The notes beneath the pieces are model-generated. The model ran no database searches. It worked only from the letters and a program-made list of their open reading frames with translations, and was not told the DNA's origin. From IMG/VR virus record IMGVR_UViG_3300038321_000078, positions 1 through 29,704 of that record: 29,704 bases of DNA, one strand, 5' to 3'. The position numbers were made by a program, and so were the translations under genes. This DNA comes from a virus. Position 1 is the first letter of the stretch, and every line of letters starts with the position of its first letter. Positions 1 to 6,473 of the stretch are shown here, one piece after another.

Positions 1-77
1 GGAGCAGAAGCAACCTTTGAGGATAATAAGTGTGACGTTATGGGTTTGGCTTATTGTTTAATGCTTCGGAGAAATAT
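1..77. repeat. 77-bp exact copy of 29628-29704: assembly overlap marking a circularly closed (or circularly permuted) genome of 29,627 bp
   Basis: Direct reading: bases 1-77 (ggagcagaagcaacctttgagg...cttcggagaaatat) are identical to the last 77 bases of the window. The copy lies inside an ORF that reads through the junction. Confidence 0.95.
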
Positions 78-345
78 TGTCAAGACACGTTTCGGGGCTG
101 AGATAAAAAATAATCAATACGGCACGGTTCTGCAATATGAGAATGGGATTCTCAATCAGCAGATAGCCGGAATTTGTCAACCCATTTTCAGGAGTTTGAA
201 AACGAAATCGGCGGCAGCGGAAACTTCGGAATCCGGATTCAGCATAGGTAATTGGCTTATGGGATTAATGCCGGCACGGCTATCATCTTCAAAACGTTTT
301 TCAAAGGTAGTGGATATAATTGACGGTGGTTTTTACAGGTATTAA
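1..345 (+). CDS. 3' part of a junction-spanning CDS (starts at ATG 29514; 152 aa in the circular genome); possible head-tail connector/adaptor, by position only
   Basis: The frame of track ORF 40..345 is open from base 1 and continues the ORF that begins at 29514. It lies directly downstream of the capsid gene. No family motif recognised. Confidence 0.6.
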   Translation, partial: GAEATFEDNKCDVMGLAYCLMLRRNIVKTRFGAEIKNNQYGTVLQYENGILNQQIAGICQPIFRSLKTKSAAAETSESGFSIGNWLMGLMPARLSSSKRFSKVVDIIDGGFYRY

Positions 346-371
346 AAATTAAAAAATAGGAGATAAATAAA

Positions 372-974
372 ATGGCATTTTCACCATGTACAACAGCGGG
401 ATTGACCGCAAGTATAGCAACGGCTTGTGCAGAGCCGAGATTAAAAGGTTATGAGCAGATTGGTATTATAATTCTTAAATCGGACATTGATTTGACCAAT
501 ACAACGGTAGACGCAGCTAATCCGAGAATTATTAACACTTTAGCATTGAAAACCGGAACTCCCGCAAAAACTGCGGCAGTAATTTACAACAGCAGAAAGA
601 CACCGCTCCCATTCAACGGAACGCAAACGGTTTATAACCGTGATGAAAATCAGTACGACAAGACCGTTCAATTTTATTACGAGGGCGTTGGTGGAGCATC
701 GGCGTTAAACGTAGTTGAGCCATTGAAAGATGGTGATTACGTTGTTGTTTTAGAGCGGAAACAGAAGTACGGAGCTGGAAGTTTTCAGGTATTCGGATGG
801 CAGAAAGGTCTGTCTGCTGGCAACGATGGCGGAGCACAAGTTCAGGATGAGGAAACAGGTTACTGGCTAATTACGATGACAACGCAAGAACCATTTGCCG
901 AAGTTGAATGGTCGGATGGAAATTACGGAACAACGAAAGCAGATTTTGATATTTTGGTTGAAGGAGCTAAATAG
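372..974 (+). CDS. Abundant virion structural protein (possibly major tail protein), 200 aa
   Basis: Clean ORF with AGGAG about 11 nt upstream of the ATG. A strong intrinsic terminator (1018-1046) follows, typical of a highly expressed structural gene. Function inferred from position only. Confidence 0.5.
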   Translation: MAFSPCTTAGLTASIATACAEPRLKGYEQIGIIILKSDIDLTNTTVDAANPRIINTLALKTGTPAKTAAVIYNSRKTPLPFNGTQTVYNRDENQYDKTVQFYYEGVGGASALNVVEPLKDGDYVVVLERKQKYGAGSFQVFGWQKGLSAGNDGGAQVQDEETGYWLITMTTQEPFAEVEWSDGNYGTTKADFDILVEGAK

Positions 975-1017
975 TTGAGTAATTTAGTTAAATTTGTAAA
1001 TCTTTTTGATGAAAAAG

Positions 1018-1046
1018 CGGTTGAATTGGTATCAACCGTTTTTTTT
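1018..1046 (+). terminator. Rho-independent terminator
   Basis: Stem CGGTTGA (1018-1024) / TCAACCG (1032-1038), 7-nt loop, then T8 (1039-1046). Confidence 0.8.
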
Positions 1047-1051
1047 ATTCT

Positions 1052-1059
1052 TATATTTG
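1052..1059 (+). promoter_or_regulatory. Candidate Bacteroidota-type -7 box (TATATTTG) upstream of the fibre gene
   Basis: Matches TAnnTTTG, sits just after the terminator and 23 nt before ATG 1083. No clear -33 TTTG. Confidence 0.3.
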
Positions 1060-1082
1060 TTGAAAAATAAAACACAAAAACT

Positions 1083-2534
1083 ATGGCTATTCCAAAAATA
1101 AGGGCAGGCAACGACTTCGTATATGTTTGGGCGATAGAGAGAAATGGCGTTGCGGTTGATTTAACGGCTGCAACAATTGTTAGGCTTTCATATGGCGTTG
1201 GAAAACCTTGTAATTATTATACTGAAATTCCATTTGAAATTATCGACGGGAATAAAGTACGTTCGTCACATAATTACGAAAATACGGGCACGTATAATTT
1301 GAGGTTAGAATTTACGATGGCTGGAGTTGACAGTACTGTTGACATTGATGCTTTTGCCATTGTTCCACGGTCTGCATTATCGAGCGAAGCGACTGACTTT
1401 GCCGTCACTTCCGATATGGCAATCGGTTTCAAAGGCGATTCCGCTTACCAAGTCTGGCTGGATGCAGGAAATACGGGAACGGTAGAGGACTATCTGGCGG
1501 ATATAAAAGGCGACCCCCTTACCTACGACGACCTAACGCCTGAACAGATTGCTGAATTGAAAGGTGAAAAAGGAGACAAAGGAGACAAAGGGGACAAAGG
1601 CGATGTTGGTGCACAAGGAATTCAGGGCATTCAAGGGGAAAAGGGAGATAAAGGAGATGCAGGTAGTGTTCCGATTGTTCAAACAACAGGCACTTCAACA
1701 ACGGATGTGATGAGCCAAAATGCTGTAAGCGAAGAAATAGCTAACTTAGCGGGCGATGTGAGCACTGAATTTGCAAAAGGTGGATTAATTGCAAGCTATA
1801 CGCATACAAGCAACAAGGAGGTCGTTGTTGAAAGCATTGACTTTGTCACAGGGATACTAACTGCAACGGGGCATGGTCTGGTGAATAACGACCGTGTAAA
1901 TGTAGCGGTTAATCAATTCACAGTTATAGATTATCCGACAAAGGTCGTTCCAACCGGATTAAATGTTGCAACACTCTATCACGTAGTAAATAGTCAGCAG
2001 AATACATTTATGTTGTCAACATCATCTGGAGGAGCACCTATATCAATTTCTGACAAGGCAACAAAAGATTACACAAAGTGGCATTTTGAAATAGTAGCTA
2101 ATGTTGATATTGCCAATTTACCAAATCTAAGCAAATGTAAGATAATCATATCGGGAAAAAGCTGTAATACCAGGAGCCCAGCAGCTTATATATATTTCTC
2201 CAAAAACAACAGTCCAATTTTAGGGGGGGCATTGCAGGTGTGGACAGCACAATCATATAGATATCCGAATATATCCACCGCCGCAAGACTGCTTACAGAT
2301 ATTGTTGAATACGCTAACATAATGGCATATCACGAGATATCCATCGACCTTTCATTACCGAGGGCTACAATATATTTCAACGGTATAAGAGTGCGAGGCG
2401 TAAACGACACCACCAATGAGGTCGTAAAAGTAACAAATGATATTTTTGTGCATAATACAGATGGGGGCGTGGACTTCGACATGGTTAACATTAATAGTGT
2501 ATGTAACGGAATGACAATCAAAATATACAGATGA
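1083..2534 (+). CDS. Tail fibre protein with collagen-like Gly-X-Y stalk, 483 aa
   Basis: 12 consecutive G-X-Y triplets (GEKGDKGDKGDKGDVGAQGIQGIQGEKGDKGDAGSV). Collagen-like stalks are common in phage fibres. Confidence 0.75.
   Translation: MAIPKIRAGNDFVYVWAIERNGVAVDLTAATIVRLSYGVGKPCNYYTEIPFEIIDGNKVRSSHNYENTGTYNLRLEFTMAGVDSTVDIDAFAIVPRSALSSEATDFAVTSDMAIGFKGDSAYQVWLDAGNTGTVEDYLADIKGDPLTYDDLTPEQIAELKGEKGDKGDKGDKGDVGAQGIQGIQGEKGDKGDAGSVPIVQTTGTSTTDVMSQNAVSEEIANLAGDVSTEFAKGGLIASYTHTSNKEVVVESIDFVTGILTATGHGLVNNDRVNVAVNQFTVIDYPTKVVPTGLNVATLYHVVNSQQNTFMLSTSSGGAPISISDKATKDYTKWHFEIVANVDIANLPNLSKCKIIISGKSCNTRSPAAYIYFSKNNSPILGGALQVWTAQSYRYPNISTAARLLTDIVEYANIMAYHEISIDLSLPRATIYFNGIRVRGVNDTTNEVVKVTNDIFVHNTDGGVDFDMVNINSVCNGMTIKIYR
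1563..1670 (+). repeat. Collagen-like (GXY)12 coding repeat, including three tandem 9-bp units (GGAGACAAA-like)
   Basis: ggtgaaaaaggagacaaaggagacaaaggggacaaaggcgat... read directly. Confidence 0.9.
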
Positions 2535-2734
2535 TGATGACAACAATATATAATTCACAGACAGGCGAGATAACTTACAGAGAGTTAACCGCCGAAGAAA
2601 TCGCACAAATGGAAGCGATGCAAGTTGAAACAGAGCAAGAAGTTCATCCAACATTGGAAGAACGTGTAGCCAACATCGAGCAAGTTACAGCCGAAGTAAT
2701 CACAATCTTAAATGATAAAGGGATAGCACCCTGA
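2531..2734 (+). CDS. Hypothetical small acidic protein, 67 aa (fibre-associated by position)
   Basis: ATGA start/stop overlap with the fibre gene. No motif recognised. Confidence 0.6.
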   Translation: MMMTTIYNSQTGEITYRELTAEEIAQMEAMQVETEQEVHPTLEERVANIEQVTAEVITILNDKGIAP

Positions 2735-2756
2735 AACTAACAAACATAATTTGGAA

Positions 2757-3194
2757 ATGGTACTAAACTACTTATTGGACAATCTGCTACCTTTGGCAAT
2801 AGCCGTAGGTGGTGGAATTGCATGGATTTTAGACAAACAGAAACGCAAAGCGGAACTCGAAAGCGTAAAAATCAGTAATGAACAGAGCAAGGCACTTAAC
2901 AAACAAAACGAGGCTGGCGCATTGGCAGGTATGCAGGAGGAGTATGCCAAGTTTGTCGAGGTAGTCCGCAAGGAAATTGCCGAACTTCGGGAGGAAAACA
3001 CGGCACTTAAAAGCAGAGTTAAAGACCTTGAAAAAGAGCTGAAAGCGTCTGCCAACGAACGCACACAACTTTCCGAGCAATTAGGAGAGTTCAAGGTACA
3101 AGCTGAAAAAGATGCTAAATTAATCCGGGAATTGAACACGAAGATTCAAAATTACGAAAAGGAAATGAAAGTTTTCAGAAAGGAGCGAAAATGA
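2757..3194 (+). CDS. Membrane-anchored coiled-coil protein (i-spanin-like or other lysis accessory protein)
   Basis: ATG 2757 preferred over the track's TTG 2751. N-terminal hydrophobic helix (LLPLAIAVGGGIAWIL) followed by ~110 aa of charged, heptad-like sequence. ATGA overlap with the next gene. Confidence 0.45.
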   Translation: MVLNYLLDNLLPLAIAVGGGIAWILDKQKRKAELESVKISNEQSKALNKQNEAGALAGMQEEYAKFVEVVRKEIAELREENTALKSRVKDLEKELKASANERTQLSEQLGEFKVQAEKDAKLIRELNTKIQNYEKEMKVFRKERK

Positions 3195-3526
3195 TAGTAC
3201 TTTTAGAAATATTAAAAATAACGGCGTGGGCTTATATCCTATGGCTGGCTTTCAAAAACAGAAGGGCGATAAGCAACAACGTGCTATGGCTGACAATTAC
3301 AAGTTCTATTCTGATGATAGTTGCCGGAGCGTGCGACATTGTCAACCGTGAAGCATTACACGCCAAGTCGAGTTGGTGGCTTATTGCCAACGTTTTCATC
3401 ATCATCAATTACATTACCGTAATTAATAGGAGCGTGGATTTTCATTATATAATGAAAAAGAAACTGACGGACTTTGTTGACCAGATTAAATCGGATAAAA
3501 AGGATTTGAAGAATGATAAAAAGTAA
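3191..3526 (+). CDS. Holin candidate (3 predicted TMDs, charged C-terminal tail), 111 aa
   Basis: Hydrophobic segments ITAWAYILWLAF, VLWLTITSSILMIVAGA and WWLIANVFIIINYITVI, then a K/D-rich tail. Overlaps the endolysin start. Confidence 0.55.
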   Translation: MIVLLEILKITAWAYILWLAFKNRRAISNNVLWLTITSSILMIVAGACDIVNREALHAKSSWWLIANVFIIINYITVINRSVDFHYIMKKKLTDFVDQIKSDKKDLKNDKK

Positions 3527-3875
3527 ATATTTCACCGAAGGTGAATTTAGAAACTGCTCCCCTTCATGCAGTTTACAGGATATGAAGCAGAGCACAATGA
3601 ACCGGCTCGACACCATGCGCCAACTGGCAGGAATACCACTTATTATTAATTCAGCCTACAGACCGCAGGCATGGGAAAAAGCCAAAAGACGGTCAGGAAC
3701 AGGCTCTCACACACTCGGTCAGGCGGTGGACATCAGGTGCACATCCGAAACAAACCGCTGGCGGATTATCGAAGCTGCCATAAAAGTCGGATTCACACGC
3801 ATCGGCATTGCAAAAACATACATTCATGTGGATGATAGTCAAAAACATACACAGGGTGTTGTTTGGTTATATTGA
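3513..3875 (+). CDS. Endolysin, peptidase M15 family (zinc D-Ala-D-Ala carboxypeptidase-like), 120 aa
   Basis: INSAYR, SGTGSHTLGQAVDI and YIHVDD match the H-x6-D ... H zinc-ligand pattern of M15 (VanY-like) phage lysins. Confidence 0.8.
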   Translation: MIKSKYFTEGEFRNCSPSCSLQDMKQSTMNRLDTMRQLAGIPLIINSAYRPQAWEKAKRRSGTGSHTLGQAVDIRCTSETNRWRIIEAAIKVGFTRIGIAKTYIHVDDSQKHTQGVVWLY

Positions 3876-3928
3876 CGTTCGTTGGCTAAAAAAAAAATAA
3901 ATCAAAAATAAACTGAAAAACAACACAT

Positions 3929-4069
3929 ATGAAGATTTACAAGTTTTTAAGAAAACATTTCCGAAACCTGCTGGCACTGCTAATAAGAGCCGAACGGTGG
4001 AAACGGGAGCCGAAAAATCAGGAAATCGTTTATCGGATTGAACTTTTTAATAAAATGAGGGGATTATGA
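3929..4069 (+). CDS. Small basic ORF, 46 aa (below track cutoff)
   Basis: My own translation: MKIYKFLRKHFRNLLALLIRAERWKREPKNQEIVYRIELFNKMRGL. Its upstream context (aacacatATG) resembles other genes here. ATGA overlap with 4066..4449. Confidence 0.35.
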   Translation: MKIYKFLRKHFRNLLALLIRAERWKREPKNQEIVYRIELFNKMRGL

Positions 4070-4449
4070 AAAATATACTATTTATAGTCATTGTTTTATT
4101 TTTTATCGGATGTTCTAAAACAATCTATGTACCAGTAACTTCGGAGATTACAAAGACAGAGTATCGGGATAAGCTGGTTCATGACAGTATTTATCTATCT
4201 GATAGTATTTTAATTGAGAAAAAAGGAGATACAATTTTTAACACAAGGATAAAATATGTTTATAAATATAAATTAACGAGAGATACGGTCAGTGTCCGGG
4301 ATAGTATTTACATAGAAAAACCAATCGAGGTCATTAAAGAGGTAAACAAATTGACGAAGTGGCAACGGTGGCGGTTGAACTTTCTTTGGGTATTATTAGC
4401 AGGTGGAATAGGTTATTTAATCATTAAAATAAAAAGATTATGGAAGTAA
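4066..4449 (+). CDS. Lipoprotein with C-terminal transmembrane helix; unimolecular spanin candidate, 127 aa
   Basis: Signal peptide plus lipobox-like FIGC (MKNILFIVIVLFFIGCSK), a beta-rich middle, and a C-terminal TMD FLWVLLAGGIGYLII followed by KIKRLWK. Located in the lysis cassette. Confidence 0.5.
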   Translation: MKNILFIVIVLFFIGCSKTIYVPVTSEITKTEYRDKLVHDSIYLSDSILIEKKGDTIFNTRIKYVYKYKLTRDTVSVRDSIYIEKPIEVIKEVNKLTKWQRWRLNFLWVLLAGGIGYLIIKIKRLWK

Positions 4450-4760
4450 AAGAATTGGCAGCTAAAAAAACGCTGACTAAAAAGGAAAAAGAGTTTATAA
4501 TTTCAGAAGCCGAAAGGTTGGAAATTGAGTATGTAATTAATGACGGTTGCGATAATTGTTATCAGGATTTGGCACTTGCGATTTATTCAGCAGAAAATAA
4601 AGATGAAGAGGAATTGTCCAAAAAAAAATACGTTCTTAAACAGGGCATTGATTTTATCATTGTAGGAACCGGTGAAAGGGTTAACGAAGCAACTTTAACA
4701 GATGAAATGGCGGAGCGGTTGATAGGTAAAGGGTTGACGAAATTCTTTGAAAAATATTAA
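4440..4760 (+). CDS. Hypothetical protein, 106 aa
   Basis: Overlaps the upstream stop by 10 nt. No family recognised. Confidence 0.7.
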   Translation: MEVKELAAKKTLTKKEKEFIISEAERLEIEYVINDGCDNCYQDLALAIYSAENKDEEELSKKKYVLKQGIDFIIVGTGERVNEATLTDEMAERLIGKGLTKFFEKY

Positions 4761-4774
4761 AAACATCAATCAGA

Positions 4775-5290
4775 ATGGAAATAATTTTTGACAGAAAAAC
4801 GAAGCTACGTAAAATGCAGTCAATGATTATCTGTTTTCCTGAAATTATAGAGAAAGCAAAGAATGAAATAAAGGACACGCTCCCGCATTATGTTTTTGAT
4901 TTCTTTTCGATTTCGGTTGCTGACTTTTTGCGATTGCAGGAGAACATCATGCCGGAAAAAGTGCAGAAGTTTCTATCAAAAAGAACAACTACATTCTATG
5001 ATTACATTAAATTAGTAAATACTTTTGAGCAGGGAGCAAAAACTTTTGAACAGATTTTAGTTGACACAACAATTCAGGCGGATGCTGATGAGGAATCAGC
5101 GAGAGCCGGTTTGTTGGAAATAACAACAGAGGAAGCGATGCTTACTTTTTTGCTTGATTTCTATAAATTGCAAAGTTTAGAGCAGGCGCAGAAAATGACA
5201 CTTTACGAGTACATTACGGCTCGAAAGATTTCATTTAACAATTCCAAATTTCAAAAAAACTTAATTGCTATTCAAAAAATCAAAATCTAA
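4775..5290 (+). CDS. Hypothetical protein, 171 aa
   Basis: ORF track; tight same-strand packing. No motif recognised. Confidence 0.7.
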   Translation: MEIIFDRKTKLRKMQSMIICFPEIIEKAKNEIKDTLPHYVFDFFSISVADFLRLQENIMPEKVQKFLSKRTTTFYDYIKLVNTFEQGAKTFEQILVDTTIQADADEESARAGLLEITTEEAMLTFLLDFYKLQSLEQAQKMTLYEYITARKISFNNSKFQKNLIAIQKIKI

Positions 5291-5295
5291 ATGAT

Positions 5296-5721
5296 ATGAG
5301 CTTAATTCAGAAAATAAAAGCAGAGGTAGAAAAGGCTGGGTTGCAATTCTATTACGACAGCGGCGGAGGTCTTAATCAGATGTTAGATGAGGCTGATTTT
5401 GAAGATGGCAAATGTGTTGTATTTTCGTTTCTTTTGCAGTCAACACGGCTGACCGAGGGCAAAGAGAGCGGAAATATAGGCTTGTTTTTTTCGAAGTTAA
5501 CGAATTTTGACTTTGAATCATTGGAAAATTATGATATTCAAGAGGAATGTAAGGTATTAGCGTGGAATTTTATCAAGAAGATTAATTCAGGAAACATTTT
5601 AACGGTTGATGAGATTACGCTGACGAGGTTTTATGATGAATTTTCGGTCAATGTTACGGGGGTGGCGGTTAACGCCGTTTTTTCGGAAATGGTTGGGATG
5701 ACCGATTGTTTTGTCAGATAA
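5296..5721 (+). CDS. Hypothetical protein, 141 aa (possible neck/tail-completion protein, by size and position only)
   Basis: ORF track. No motif recognised. Confidence 0.65.
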   Translation: MSLIQKIKAEVEKAGLQFYYDSGGGLNQMLDEADFEDGKCVVFSFLLQSTRLTEGKESGNIGLFFSKLTNFDFESLENYDIQEECKVLAWNFIKKINSGNILTVDEITLTRFYDEFSVNVTGVAVNAVFSEMVGMTDCFVR

Positions 5722-5785
5722 AAATAAATCAAGAAAAAAAAATAATAATTTAGCCAAAAAATAGGCATTACAACTATCTAAAATC

Positions 5786-5952
5786 AACTATTATTATTAT
5801 TATAATTATTACGTCAAAAAAAAAAGGTTTAAAGAAAGGGTAAAAGCAGTATATATATATAATATTTAATTTAAATATAATATAATAATAGCTACTCCTG
5901 ATATATCCTACTGGCGTTTTAACTATTATTTAACATTTATAACTGATAAAAA
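5786..5952. repeat. AT-rich element A: inverted, diverged copy of element B (22751-22956), with a (TA)n core and (TTA)n arm
   Basis: The reverse complement aligns collinearly with B through these blocks: ctgataaaaa 5943-5952, actattattt 5922-5931, cctgatata 5897-5905, TA-core 5848-5864, aactattattattattataattattacgt 5786-5814. Confidence 0.7.
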
Positions 5953-5975
5953 ACTAACAATTACCATTCATTGAT

Positions 5976-6470
5976 ATGGATTTACGGCAGGAAATAATCA
6001 TTGCATTGACGGAGGCAAAAGACCAAATCATTTCAAACATTGATACGGAGGGCATACGTGCGTCAGGACGAACGCAAGAGAGTTTGCGGGTAGAAGATAG
6101 GGGCGAACATTTGGTACTTGTACAAGGCACGGGAGGCGCACCATTCGAGACGTTGCAATATGGTAGGGAGGGTGGCAAAGTGCCTTATGGATTCCGTTCG
6201 ATAATTCGTCAATGGATTTTAGATAAAGGAATTTCAACAACTGACATTCCTTATACCCGTAAGCCGTCGGCAAATTGGCAACCGAAGTATACACCGCAGG
6301 AGCGAGGTTTGATGTCGGCGGCAGGTGCGATAGCGGAAAAGATAAGGAAATCAGGAACTGACAGATTTACGCAACCGAATGAGAATGTTTACACGCCTGT
6401 TTTAAATGAGTTGATTGAAAAGATTGAAAAGATAATGTTAACAAAAATAACTTCTGAAATACGTAAATAA
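5976..6470 (+). CDS. Virion assembly protein, tentatively HK97 gp10-like head-tail joining/tail-completion family, 164 aa
   Basis: ASGRTQESLRVE and GGAPFETLQYGREGG resemble the tG-Lr-Si ... aPYA--vE-G pattern of gp10-like proteins (from memory). Lies directly upstream of the tape measure gene. Confidence 0.35.
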   Translation: MDLRQEIIIALTEAKDQIISNIDTEGIRASGRTQESLRVEDRGEHLVLVQGTGGAPFETLQYGREGGKVPYGFRSIIRQWILDKGISTTDIPYTRKPSANWQPKYTPQERGLMSAAGAIAEKIRKSGTDRFTQPNENVYTPVLNELIEKIEKIMLTKITSEIRK

Positions 6471-6473
6471 AAA

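Noticed and set aside
1-77. The 77-bp end duplication as a biological direct terminal repeat
   Set aside because: It sits inside a continuous coding frame, and its length is typical of an assembler k-mer overlap. It is treated as a circularisation artefact until read-terminus analysis says otherwise.
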